From the IMG/VR virus record IMGVR_UViG_3300042561_000572, positions 30,156-94,155 of that record: 64,000 bases of DNA, one strand, 5' to 3'. Numbering within the stretch: position 1 is the first letter of the stretch; each line of letters begins with the position of its first letter. The DNA comes from a virus. The position numbers and the translations under genes are program-made. The notes beneath the pieces are model-generated. The model was not told the DNA's origin and did no database searches. It saw nothing but the letters and a program-made list of their open reading frames with translations. Positions 13,001-19,564 of this stretch are shown in pieces.

Positions 13001-13182
13001 TTTTGCCAATCACTATTAGTTGAGCCTAACTCATTAGTAAAGACTTCACTGTTATACAAACCATAACCAACAGAAGTTGCAAGAGCACTTCTATTACCTT
13101 GTTCTATAAAACCATGAAGACTACTAACAGATTGTCTTCTATGTTCTAAATGATATTCAGTGTTTGAGAAATAACTTGACAT
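1075..13182 (-). CDS. giant multidomain virion protein: PLD(HKD) domains + single-chain two-barrel RNA polymerase + tape-measure-like C-terminus
   Basis: HRKVYITD...GSINL (aa ~427); beta-like GGYSD, LQPGSGRRH...FKGV and DVYGLINP; beta-prime-like GHGTEFEG...MP, RSAP and NLGDFDGD (aa 2894-2898, nt 4489-4503); hydrophobic Gly/Ala segments near the C-terminus. Confidence 0.8.
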   Translation of the reverse strand: MSSYFSNTEYHLEHRRQSVSSLHGFIEQGNRSALATSVGYGLYNSEVFTNELGSTNSDWQNAIGMTSDISGGMFDPKHVTTTGKREAFSNKFVLGLSQTVTTRLFTEFDSNVSNSLLDSRKSLKFLVGEAYRIDPTETKAYASQVVFENIFGNVLAKKGLYIEDPTKAKDNYYLDQSYQYANAFSRVQSSSNIRDMEARGQETLERLVNADLFGSGLVPVDGNSADELRAINEGTFNSSRSKAGKTITDLDFVRSKSYVNELTKGGVSINRRNIKAIDTSINNSYKQKAAKVIDDVKYQTRPGILPFVSMFESAKESITIDTFQYQNRAISDVVVSKIYREIIGNENYGFKVNMIVGSPIPGDEGTSAAIFGPNILEVAKMEKLKETIINELVNSKKKTRQEAEEIVNGKDGVPGVFNIKLAGPAHHRKVYITDQVAVLGSINLTSPVGDSIFKAGSNYEMLGMFHSNKDLIKKRQEYINRLPELLNNWTSFKDFSGLAQLNLLLGKFDPQKLNDNKVNKYKKTVSALMYEQVVAAQKQQITTISSQSNIKFATDIMYTLKATVDYLHTESGREMNSSLDELKGKYTGDLGMTMVLDQAYLLHVNHLDVNGSDPNNRANRFNDATSQEIGEMGKFSSNTLGSGQFRSRQDVRYELYRDIQRKNFSLIAMGISKVVVDTNNFTKQVIEPTWNYLNDRFGARFHNEFSGSISGFVNAVTESNQSLNRKVELINAQLDITDGKNLTALQMLAIASGNMAGADVPRQHSKSFSAYRYESATRKDGSTYVKYTQQIAGTAANSSNFSMNSLGVDIRPDNKYLGVGGNDPYVSDEMGAVYVNRKLFIDAAKESNTGYDQDFRDNIEALNLGFSNEYSLLAEEEMYELKDNNKAVTMSYAQLNYGNRLDNGLLPSIEGLPYWARQSNTGDLLKLESTLREMSKGLGDAMSITRKYDRFGTPLMLEVAIMPGKLLGLNTNTSRLTYTLGMLQGTANQPGPVFFQKEGKLIYNSNFTNNTGGKISWKFGDRPGVLEHGQSAEMSSIDNTTSIFATMIGEMAYKQAISNPASKLIGVDADTKRGLALDFAISLMGDTRYMLADNKVGINTDGLAYSNNLFDRGRSNNLFDRGGYKDLANALESRFNAEGISYLDTTRQLAGVDVYNRLNVNVNVEGTKFGIKLTDQIQNIRNAKSGDDVFTAIHAIGQLLGQEGYQDLTLDVLRVNSKYNAERDLNSQMTELSKTIFDPYLQAHQAISYAAGVPASKYINYGLDAGNERAMSLLNIADVSKNPLLQTLQYARTFARDVSVYSGFGTDYEGNERFYLGGVAEGVSTQNKKGYQLESFGVRNKFPTDRNSIDILEGTGIGVLISKDKLVNSGDFKDSEVDEIMTLLNVKGNQRGMLFNLDPSKPAQINQRIKNALGSRLMYEVSEEASKTILEKGSLKEYNAGQRKGIADNIAQLTSLLTDDKAKKFIHNYLTAEEVNLGSMFDTDVRTVLNESAYNFVLAQRKELFDKFKDLNLSETEREDTNQILNNMFRMKMISYSSVANSVGSVVGGRRDKQQFVLLQLNGGYSDHFYTNPKFRTQHYAGMPTVTNTGIKASMLDARTHVGEVTFSGDMLQKNGLVINEGDTFVYDRSVNKVVQIRADGGDNVTYVGGTGSADYLIGQIENFSLFGKPVASVKQKSISNRPGEDSVHLILTAGRVEGGSPGTNEIKYQVSALPILQPGSGRRHEGTAAGLLFKGVGAALKGSQFEGVFSSFMKSLGYESTFKDDMGAIKTVEAGISSASILKNQVSDVYGLINPNNLKSGFFMDHASMLFTKDVTGPDGVRTKLANTLVKQTNRMLAAALISQFGLDIIADGSYERNKPGDALMLNDQYVKAYKKAAIKGEFGTFIRMAEMQNVLTGKATRSKDNIFGSIPQFIMNNKELVGSIRDAILTDSGDLTGLLQGYVNTVGSRSGDGYVINSSDLYTRGVSAMLTAIDMFGQLKNQRGDISMVTDWMLKMKVRQNDGTTGKFNDDSFIGPLKTSPLSEIGALTRAATPNAVTGNYDAYSGVVLNDPLLEIAAALGGSDNAFNMTNEEKEQLANQMGIYLQQNYAVQLSLSISPSASKDPLGKNLRAKTEMQHLLAPLEAQSKQFTRTGNKGNLAYVLGTVVAAQEIGLISVGMADSAEYLKSIQAIQALDPVTMSGFFGRDFLGVYYNANENSSELIKEYRTIYKPSIKKNFDVSKVEDYYNNGDLTLAEATYVDGLNRDKHNSDPTAKLTDYAGQLRRVGQHIIEALRKSAITYNLEQSKGMGTDITQPKLQMLQDTGNRTYNILMPKVVGGPLVDQMTGDVNTVFSNTQNTYIFMPGADLLNQVGSSFGDFVSDIVGKTLNMQSYFVPGTAENDVMIKVAKARAAQKNSATFNVNLSPEETDMIARLGYLGDELLQAISEASSDTLMQKAVAGHGTEFEGYVSTGIPNLSLAANMNVMPQFVNEKYGAPEGIASLRKKLFEVTAAAHLTYTTLGSEMSTKFKNYQSNKQLQDFNQSLGTVLDYQKQMLVRGISTMAALKLQNGVEVIGGAHNLLNQVQTGKTTDINDLDAAVEKAQNSFNTVKKNLDVTGAYDKAYVASYVLANLQFAKLKADTKLAENSLNPKKREEYKGLIGTVNDWMSERGYQDAIYLGKNHEIRDFIHNSTMKNRYSMGLDLVNHYSKELEGAMRGKHTVYKQTHQSITDLINDTADPKTGGNFEAARQITLEYIDNRIKNLENFMEGFAPTSTKNAKSEQEHFIVAANRKSVGYMINDMTNIKEQVAAYKDQGGTLSTKFLHYSLQELGYIHNSMSELDNMQNQSWRSAPYGSTESHLATLMAIRGVDQFNKMIDNLAIDDNIVRFDVDRSKSISIFSGLSFLTSNLGDFDGDNYMTLLHKVTEKINTIDDRRFVIEHKKKEISSMKAFVGPISDTEALSKLEKTLANEEAKLFEDAMALKSLQKDMNAPDKQSKMAKDVASYMGIDSRFFRGSNEGGFRSQGTINVSSMAAMLDQGKGLYGGMQGVNSEMNTRVEDLLNASLGSKHSVGLTFDKNTLDDMIKSIETGSDKNQFFTAIGMTLNSTQLQDTDMQQELQEALTNSMRLTWDELKQSSNTLHNFEGEVNKEAYFTTLFSKLDATSKASNVLYSKINAGLGIGMGESTYDVLTKTLGEAGSDVLGKTYNTLLGTFVADSPIVSLYHILEGDSPQIAEKMNRMTGQHGPVNNASNSVVMPSDEGTRFMANLQASYDKAQQLQGWNKAVQQMLRDSIKLKGDSSSVMAELIKMSEEYTTADESKRQSLVNDMASKIGPGAGMKGLMDLNKMIHAAGSTGERKDGEGRYGSIGDYNITGDQRDIGMALMGSDVNEDSLIKFKVSSSLRSITTMFNFEKNFGSLEIGKDGKLKIDDKASSNRALEKTISEGLHGFLGKGSDSKGVSLTLAELAMGNKADAVKAVEGLYNAIDGINSRGVGFSTRASGYSVGYVSEQHRDKAVVEQVNRFSAEMITNSNGAFGTMLYEHMGMAMTDDNMAKLNEVRQSSGGLSTASLLVLSHHASITQTKTFMGDYGSGLDRFVHLNKASKDMQRNITSSSVREVGTSLLGGDLFNAAYRLMAQGKLSMEGASVMGRLFKAVNDPKLTNADAMGQMMSNFSGDEENAKEMAEMYKHLKHVEIQHEVTIDGKVERKNELVSDLINRQSKKTSQGFKLQAISEVAAAMNQAGEISDVTYNKIHAQIVGQHKNINKNEAEAKALADELLAENGLLLGTLSKEGKDYFKPEHVARGNDGTTRQELKVKAADGIFNIVGPALLSMIGGAIYGTSNDQAGMDAAGVIGGTLSLMGYNMPHGKGAANAAGALFRSKAYRNPDEDWATNLAKAASTEASLSLVGTYVTPKLTDLFNRNVVAPLFRHNVPIAESGVSAIIGSFVGALAMNMLDSSIQQSAGLLKSNFNQGDNNLNNKLAQMQDNLSDAIAARGEAEIDPMSSDFIDVPDKLDVPPVVVGVWATDVEFENLSSDSRSETYLVSGDSAYV
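9817..9867. repeat. in-frame tandem duplication with 27-nt period (SNNLFDRG x2)
   Basis: acccctatcaaacaagttattaga occurs twice, separated by tct. Confidence 0.9.
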
Positions 13183-13186
13183 TTAA

Positions 13187-13267
13187 TGCTTACTTATAAT
13201 ATATATTTGACTATTATTAATGTATATACTAGTATAATTACAGTTAATAAATAAATATAAGTAAGCA
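13187..13267. promoter_or_regulatory. divergent control region with 12-bp inverted repeat TATAAGTAAGCA
   Basis: tgcttacttata (13187-13198) and tataagtaagca (13256-13267) each point toward one of the divergent genes. Confidence 0.45.
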
Positions 13268-13349
13268 GTTAATATAACAGTGCTTATAAGTTATTTATAA
13301 TAAATAATTACAACAATTAAAACAATAACAAACCTTAATAACAACTAAT

Positions 13350-13751
13350 ATGTCCACAGCATCAACAGTATTTGAAATTCCTCTTCCTTCTGGTAAAGTT
13401 ATCTCTTTTAGACTTCCTACATACAGAGATAGACAAGCAGCAGTTAAGAGATTTAGACAACAACAAAATGAAGTAGGTTGGTCAATTGAAGAGTTTTTAG
13501 CATTTGGTATGCTTGAATTTGTAGATGGACTGCCTTTGCAAGCTGGTCTTGACCCTATTGATCAAGTATCTGAATGGTCATTGAAAGATGTAAATATTTA
13601 TCTAGAAGTATTTATGCCCTTAGTATTTCCTGATGATGTTGCTAAGCAAAGAGCACAAGACATGGTTAAGGCACTTCTTGAGGGAAAGTCAGTAGTGAAA
13701 CAAGTGGCCTCACCTATTACTTCAGCCCCTACTACAGCTATAACCGCATAA
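13350..13751 (+). CDS. tail assembly chaperone (lambda gpG-like)
   Basis: FEIPLPSGKVISFRLPT N-terminus typical of tail/hub assembly chaperones; contains in-frame G GGA AAG slippery site. Confidence 0.75.
   Translation: MSTASTVFEIPLPSGKVISFRLPTYRDRQAAVKRFRQQQNEVGWSIEEFLAFGMLEFVDGLPLQAGLDPIDQVSEWSLKDVNIYLEVFMPLVFPDDVAKQRAQDMVKALLEGKSVVKQVASPITSAPTTAITA
13682..13688 (+). promoter_or_regulatory. programmed -1 ribosomal frameshift site GGGAAAG
   Basis: GAG GGA AAG in frame; the -1 frame is open from here into ORF 13769..14179; same heptamer as lambda G-T. Confidence 0.8.
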
Positions 13752-13768
13752 CAGATGTTGCAATATCG

Positions 13769-14179
13769 TTGGCAGTATTATATAAACTGCCAATGGTAAC
13801 AACTAGAAAGTGTATATATAACTATGACTCTAACTATCCTGAAAAGTATTATAGAGACATACCAATATCAGAAGATTTAATATTATTAAGAGAGTTAACG
13901 TTTGAGGGTTATGCCAATCACTTCATAGAAGCATACAACTTAAATAACTACATACAAATTAGTGGCACTATACAGATACCCTATGGTAATGACTGGCTAG
14001 ACTTAGATGAAGTTGAGAGAAGAGCATTTGAAATTGTAGTTAACAAAGTAAACATTGAAAGACACAAGGCAGCTCAAGCAGAAAAAGAAGAACTAAAGAA
14101 AAACCTTCAATCTTCAACTCAAAATCATTCTAGGTCAATGTTTGATGGTATACCAATGTCTAGTATAAGTATGAGATAA
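13769..14179 (+). CDS. C-terminal part of frameshifted tail chaperone (gpT-like)
   Basis: Weak TTG start; in the -1 frame of the upstream gene; WLDLDEVERRAF resembles gpT/T4 gp51-like motifs. Confidence 0.7.
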   Translation: MAVLYKLPMVTTRKCIYNYDSNYPEKYYRDIPISEDLILLRELTFEGYANHFIEAYNLNNYIQISGTIQIPYGNDWLDLDEVERRAFEIVVNKVNIERHKAAQAEKEELKKNLQSSTQNHSRSMFDGIPMSSISMR

Positions 14180-14188
14180 CAACACTAA

Positions 14189-15658
14189 ATGGCAACAAAT
14201 AATACAAAAGCAACTACATCAACTAAGAAGGAGGAGACTAAACAAAAAGCATCATCTCCTCCTTCTAGTGGAGAAATAAACTTCTCTAAATACAAAACAA
14301 ATCCACCATTACAAGTGTTTGGAGATACTTCTAACAAAGTAAGACCAAACACTTACAAACAATTAGGTAGAGCCACCTCATTTGTAAGTAATGGTGATTC
14401 TTTGTATGTAAATACAGGGCCACATCAATATGCTTTAGCAACATGGGACTATGCTAGAAAGAATGAACCAATAATATCTGATGGTTTAGATAAGATAGTA
14501 TTATCAGTTTTGGCTAAGATAGGTTCCTATAATCATCCTAATCCAGACATAAGAAAGTTTATAAAAGCTAACTTAAAACATAAGATTAGACACTGGATTG
14601 AAAATATAACATATTCTATGTTGTGGTCAGGTAAGTCTGTATCAGAGATAATATGGGAAAAGAAGTGGGATGGTGACACCCCTCAGTTATGGGTAAAAGA
14701 TTTAATAAACTATCATACATCTCAAGTTATATTAAGATTAAATAACTATGGTACTTTAACACATGGAGAACAAGTGTTAAATAGCCAATTTAATACAGGT
14801 GTTTGGGTTCCTAGACCTATTTTAACTGAAGATAAAAAGATGTATAAAGTTGATAGAAACAACACAGGATCACATATAAGACTTGCTAAAGACAAGTTAA
14901 TTATAGCTACATATAAAGATGAAGGTAATAATCCTCATGGCACACCAGCTTTATATGCAGCTATTCAATGGTCTTTATACAAAGCAGCTTTTGTTGATAT
15001 GTATTCTATAGCATTAGACAGATATGGAACACCTTTAATGTATTTTATAGTGCCAGCCACACAAACAACTGAAGACATGGAAGAAGTTGATGGTACTATT
15101 AGAAAAAAGATGTTTAGAGAAGCATTACAAGATGAACTACAAGACTTAAGAAGTGGTTCTGTTTTAATACTTGAAAGACAAGGAAACAAAGATGCACCAG
15201 AACCAAAAGTAGAGTCATTAACAACTGGTAATAACTTTGGAGATTCATTTATAACAGCCATTGATAAGTGTGATCAAAACATGTTACATGCTATGGGAAT
15301 ACCTAACTTACTTATAAAGAATCAAGACTTAGGATTAGGTTCTGGTGGAACAACTGAAAAGCAAGTTGAAATGTTTGAAATGTCTATTGAACAGATAGCT
15401 ATAAAAGTAAGTGAAGTATTAATTGATCAACTTATAAAGACTTTAATAACTTATAACTTTTCACCAAAACTAGTAGATCATGCTGATAACTATGGAGAAT
15501 TTATAATCAAACCAATAAGATATGTTGATTATAAAGTAATGGCAGAAAGTGCAAAGATATTAACAGAAGCAGGAGTTATAGCACCATTAGTAAGTGAAAT
15601 GGATAGAAAATTTATTAGAAATCAACTAGGAATACCTAATGATCATGAGGATGTATAA
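14189..15658 (+). CDS. portal protein (DUF935/Mu gp29-like)
   Basis: 489 aa; GKSVSEIIW, GNNPHGTPAL, LDRYGTPL, FITAIDKCDQNMLHAM and LITYNF follow the DUF935 portal pattern. Confidence 0.8.
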   Translation: MATNNTKATTSTKKEETKQKASSPPSSGEINFSKYKTNPPLQVFGDTSNKVRPNTYKQLGRATSFVSNGDSLYVNTGPHQYALATWDYARKNEPIISDGLDKIVLSVLAKIGSYNHPNPDIRKFIKANLKHKIRHWIENITYSMLWSGKSVSEIIWEKKWDGDTPQLWVKDLINYHTSQVILRLNNYGTLTHGEQVLNSQFNTGVWVPRPILTEDKKMYKVDRNNTGSHIRLAKDKLIIATYKDEGNNPHGTPALYAAIQWSLYKAAFVDMYSIALDRYGTPLMYFIVPATQTTEDMEEVDGTIRKKMFREALQDELQDLRSGSVLILERQGNKDAPEPKVESLTTGNNFGDSFITAIDKCDQNMLHAMGIPNLLIKNQDLGLGSGGTTEKQVEMFEMSIEQIAIKVSEVLIDQLIKTLITYNFSPKLVDHADNYGEFIIKPIRYVDYKVMAESAKILTEAGVIAPLVSEMDRKFIRNQLGIPNDHEDV

Positions 15659-16188
15659 TGAGTATTGCACATAAAGATGTAACAACAATTGATAATCACA
15701 CACCTTACAGATGGGTATTTAACAATGTTACAGAAAGATTAGCCTTAACCTCTATTAACTCATCTGAGTTATATAAAAGAGCCTTACAATTAGATAATGA
15801 GTTAGAATATACATTAATATCAACATCACCTATTAGATGGAAGGAATATGGTACAACTAACTCAATACCTACAACAACGGTAGCAAGACTTAATCCAAGT
15901 CCAATTATAACTGTTGTAGAAGATTTATCTATTAATCCAACATATTCTTGTTTAAACTTAACATCAACTGCTAATGTAACTATAATATCAACTCCTAGTA
16001 TCATAGGAGCAACAAGCAATGCACAAGAACTAACTCTAGTAAATGTTGGTAATTATAATATAGTATTTCAAAATAAAACTGCATTAGTAGGATCACTAAT
16101 AGATACATCATTTACCTTAACTCCAACTGCTAGAATAGTAAAACTAATATACATAAAACAAGGTTTAAACTTATGGTTTAAATACTAA
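15658..16188 (+). CDS. putative virion structural protein
   Basis: Coupled to portal (TAATG); N-terminal ERLAL...ALQLD...W module resembles phage fibre proteins. Confidence 0.5.
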   Translation: MSIAHKDVTTIDNHTPYRWVFNNVTERLALTSINSSELYKRALQLDNELEYTLISTSPIRWKEYGTTNSIPTTTVARLNPSPIITVVEDLSINPTYSCLNLTSTANVTIISTPSIIGATSNAQELTLVNVGNYNIVFQNKTALVGSLIDTSFTLTPTARIVKLIYIKQGLNLWFKY

Positions 16189-16199
16189 ATACAATTTAA

Positions 16200-16259
16200 A
16201 TATAAACAATAAAAAACAACATTAGATATACTTCCAATGTTGTTTTTTATTGTTTATAT
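16200..16259. terminator. bidirectional terminator
   Basis: 24-bp inverted repeat between convergent genes. Confidence 0.7.
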
Positions 16260-16273
16260 ATATATATATATAA

Positions 16274-16690
16274 TTAGTTTTTAGCTTTATGTAACAACTT
16301 AACTTGATTCTTTCTGAAGTTCATATACCATTGTGTAAACAATACATGTTTACACGGACTAAACCTATCAGCACAGTCACAAGAGTTACCTTGTATAAAG
16401 TATGTATCACCCTTATCATTGCTAACAACAAAGGTATCTTCTAATGAATTAATAACACAATAACCTTCCATGATTAACATACCAGCAATAGTGTTATTAA
16501 CAATAGTATGAGGATCAGCTATAGGTGCAATCTTATTAGTACTAGAACTACTTCCTAATGCTACATCATAATAAATATAACCATCATTAGGACCTCCATC
16601 TTTTAACACATTAACATTCTTAAAAGCACCACCAATAATTAATTTAGACATGTAATTATTAATAGCTAAATATAGTAAAGGATTCTTCAT
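16274..16690 (-). CDS. SWIM zinc-finger protein
   Basis: CDCADRFSPCKH = CxC-x-CxH preceded by a TYFI strand. Confidence 0.75.
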   Translation of the reverse strand: MKNPLLYLAINNYMSKLIIGGAFKNVNVLKDGGPNDGYIYYDVALGSSSSTNKIAPIADPHTIVNNTIAGMLIMEGYCVINSLEDTFVVSNDKGDTYFIQGNSCDCADRFSPCKHVLFTQWYMNFRKNQVKLLHKAKN

Positions 16691-16724
16691 TTATTATTTA
16701 ATTGATTCTTTATTTGTATATACA

Positions 16725-17267
16725 TTATATAGGAATGTTATCAGCAAAATCTTGATATAGTATTAACATTTTAGGTAAGAAATCTCCATTCATTTGTGTA
16801 TCTTTAATACTAATACCATGTTCAACATTACCAAATACTTCTATTAATGATCTATCAATTCTGTCTCTTATCTTGATAGAGTTTTCATATGCAGTGGAAA
16901 AATAATAATTATAATCTTTAGGTATTTTAGTTTCTTCATTTAAATAATTTAAAGGATAAATCTTTAACCAAAGATCTTCTAATACCAACACCACATCTTG
17001 TTTATCAAAAGTTGTATAATGTTTAAACATTAAACCTTCATAGAGATTATAAGCTATTAGATTTAATATAAAATTATAAACACCCATTAATGTTATGTTA
17101 TTAAAAAGCCCTCTATTATCTTGATTCCTTAAATCATAACTTATCAACTCATAAAAGATACTTTTACTAGATAGACTATCAACAAACTGCTTAGCATTAA
17201 TAGATAGTAAATAATCTTTTTCTTTATCTAATATTCTAATTTGATCATATAGGGATTGCATTTGCAA
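16725..17267 (-). CDS. hypothetical protein, tandem paralog family copy 4 (probable start ATG 17261)
   Basis: ILDKEKDYLL...DFLPKMLILYQDFADNIPI shared with neighbours. Confidence 0.8.
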   Translation of the reverse strand: MQMQSLYDQIRILDKEKDYLLSINAKQFVDSLSSKSIFYELISYDLRNQDNRGLFNNITLMGVYNFILNLIAYNLYEGLMFKHYTTFDKQDVVLVLEDLWLKIYPLNYLNEETKIPKDYNYYFSTAYENSIKIRDRIDRSLIEVFGNVEHGISIKDTQMNGDFLPKMLILYQDFADNIPI

Positions 17268-17781
17268 AGTCCTGATATAATATTAACATTTTAGGTAGAA
17301 AGTCATCAGGCATATCTTGAGCCCATATAGTTATAGTATGCTCAAATACTTGTAGTTTTAGATTGCCAACAGATATATTATCAAATAATTTGATGGAGTT
17401 CCTAGACCTATAAGGATAAGCAATTAAGTATTCATATTCTAAAGTTGTTTTATCTGGTTGATAATTTACATTATTAATGTGTAAACCAAAACTTCTTAGA
17501 TCAATTTGTTTATCCTGTTTGTTATAAATAAGATGATGTCTAAAAACTAATGCCTCATATAAATTATGACATATTACATTCAAAATACCATTATAAATAC
17601 CTACCAAAGATATATTATTATAACTTAGTCTAACATCTTTTAGATCCCTCTCAATTGCTAATTTATCAAAGCTTAATAACTCATAAAAGATACTAGCACT
17701 ACTTAAACTGTCAACAAACTGCTGAGCATTAACATTTAATAAGTAATCCTTTTCTTTATCTAATATTTTAATTTGGGCCAT
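17245..17781 (-). CDS. hypothetical protein, tandem paralog family copy 3
   Basis: ILDKEKDYLLNVNAQQFVDSLSS...DFLPKMLILYQDFANAIPI. Confidence 0.8.
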   Translation of the reverse strand: MAQIKILDKEKDYLLNVNAQQFVDSLSSASIFYELLSFDKLAIERDLKDVRLSYNNISLVGIYNGILNVICHNLYEALVFRHHLIYNKQDKQIDLRSFGLHINNVNYQPDKTTLEYEYLIAYPYRSRNSIKLFDNISVGNLKLQVFEHTITIWAQDMPDDFLPKMLILYQDFANAIPI

Positions 17782-17785
17782 TTAT

Positions 17786-18337
17786 TTATACTGGAATATT
17801 ATCTACAAAGTCATTATAAAGCACTAACATCTTACTTATAAACTCACCACAATCTTGTATATAAAAGTTAAATTTATTATTAACACTAAGTACATCTTTT
17901 AATACTAAAAAATCCTTTATTACATAGTTAATAGGAGCAGGATGAAAAGGACTTAGAGGCATCATATTTTTAGTTTCTAATACATATTCATAATCTTTTT
18001 GAAAATGTTTATTAGGATTAAACTGCCAACAATCATCTTCTGGTCTAATATAAAAAGTTATAATTAAACCTTTATATAATGTAATTCTAATATCATTATT
18101 AGGATGTCTTAAATTTAAAGCCTCTTGTACGTTGGAGTTAATAATATTTACAATAAAATTATAAAGACCTATTATAGTAACAATACTAAAATTATATTGT
18201 ATTGCATCCTTGTTAGTAAGTAAGCTTTCAGCACCTAACATCTCATAAAATAAGCTTTTACTATATAACTTATCTATAAATGTTTCAGCATTAACATTTA
18301 ACAAGTACTGTTTCTCTTTTTCAGTAATAGTAATCAC
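17786..18337 (-). CDS. hypothetical protein, tandem paralog family copy 2
   Basis: TEKEKQYLLNVNAETFIDKL...EFISKMLVLYNDFVDNIPV. Confidence 0.8.
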   Translation of the reverse strand: MITITEKEKQYLLNVNAETFIDKLYSKSLFYEMLGAESLLTNKDAIQYNFSIVTIIGLYNFIVNIINSNVQEALNLRHPNNDIRITLYKGLIITFYIRPEDDCWQFNPNKHFQKDYEYVLETKNMMPLSPFHPAPINYVIKDFLVLKDVLSVNNKFNFYIQDCGEFISKMLVLYNDFVDNIPV

Positions 18338-18993
18338 AAAAAAGCACCTTCTAAGTCCAATTCCTCTTGTGGCATCAGTTCAATAAACTCATCATATATA
18401 GTACAAACTTTAAATAGAAACTCATTTAAGTTATCTACTCTATAATTAATCTTATTAAACAGAGATGTAGCTTCTTTGTCATAAGATCTAGTATAAGTTA
18501 ATTGTAAAGTAAATATATCAAACTGTAACTTAACTGTTTGTTTATTAGGATTAATTCTATAAGTAATCCAGATACATTCATTGTCTTCATAACTGCTAAG
18601 GCCTAACTTTTTACTTATAAAGTTTGTATTAGCCTTCTTATTTAAAGTTGGAATTATCTTATCAACTTCAAAGATGTATAAATACAAATTAACAAGCTCA
18701 AATATACTACAAAGGAATATAGAATCATCTATTGGAATATTCTTTTCATCAGCTTTAAATATCTCTCTAATAAAAGTATAAGTGGCACTTTCCTTGTCAA
18801 ATATAGATAATGTATTAGACATTAGAAAGTCTAGTTGTTTGTCTGTTAAATAGTTTTGTATTGTAATAGCCATAGGATTAAAGTAGTTAAGTTCTAATAG
18901 AGCATATAATATATCTTCATTGCATTCTTTTATTAGATCTGCAAAGTTATAATCATTTGATTTTGTATGATAAGGAAAATTATAAATTGCCAT
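18334..18993 (-). CDS. hypothetical protein, divergent family copy 1
   Basis: LTDKQLDFLM...EFLFKVCTIYDEFIELMP weakly matches the family termini. Confidence 0.65.
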   Translation of the reverse strand: MAIYNFPYHTKSNDYNFADLIKECNEDILYALLELNYFNPMAITIQNYLTDKQLDFLMSNTLSIFDKESATYTFIREIFKADEKNIPIDDSIFLCSIFELVNLYLYIFEVDKIIPTLNKKANTNFISKKLGLSSYEDNECIWITYRINPNKQTVKLQFDIFTLQLTYTRSYDKEATSLFNKINYRVDNLNEFLFKVCTIYDEFIELMPQEELDLEGAFL

Positions 18994-19054
18994 AAAAATA
19001 GGCTCAACAAGGAGCCTAAATAAGTTAATTATTAAGTTGTAACAGTGTTATGTA

Positions 19055-19564
19055 TTAACTATTAAACAAGTTACTTTGAAGTAAATATATATACTTATCA
19101 ACAGCTAATGAGTGTTCTTGCAACATATTACTAGTAGTCTTATCTATACTATCTAATCTATTAATATACATATATAACAAGCCACTAATAGTTTTTAATG
19201 CATTAACAATAAGAGTAATGTTACTTTGTATATCATTAGATATTTCATTTATATCATCTAATAATGTATTCTCAATACTAAATTTTAGATTAACTCTAGC
19301 CATAGCACCAAATGATCTAATTCTTTCAGCAAGAGGATCAATAAAACCACCAATAGTATCTAGAATCTCTTCAAATAGTTTATGAATAGAAATAAAACTA
19401 CTACCTTCACTATTCCAATGAGCCTCCCAAACTCTACCATGAGCATCATTATAAGTAGCTATTAAACTATAAAGTACTGAACTAACTTCTGCTCTAACTT
19501 CTTCTGCTAAAGCATGTGTTCTAGTAAATTTAATATCTAACAAATTTGTTGTATTATCTTCCAT
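19055..19564 (-). CDS. dps: Dps ferritin-like DNA protection protein
   Basis: AHWNSEGSSFISIHKLFEE and DPLAERIRSFG Dps signatures. Confidence 0.9.
   Translation of the reverse strand: MEDNTTNLLDIKFTRTHALAEEVRAEVSSVLYSLIATYNDAHGRVWEAHWNSEGSSFISIHKLFEEILDTIGGFIDPLAERIRSFGAMARVNLKFSIENTLLDDINEISNDIQSNITLIVNALKTISGLLYMYINRLDSIDKTTSNMLQEHSLAVDKYIYLLQSNLFNS

Noticed and set aside
16255-16272. (TA)n microsatellite as a phase-variation switch
   Set aside because: It lies between convergent stop codons beside a terminator, with no promoter or coding frame to affect
17240-17267. Frameshifted pseudogene at the start of paralog 16725..17267
   Set aside because: The ATGA-overlap start is out of frame, but an in-frame ATG at 17261 can initiate the intact ORF
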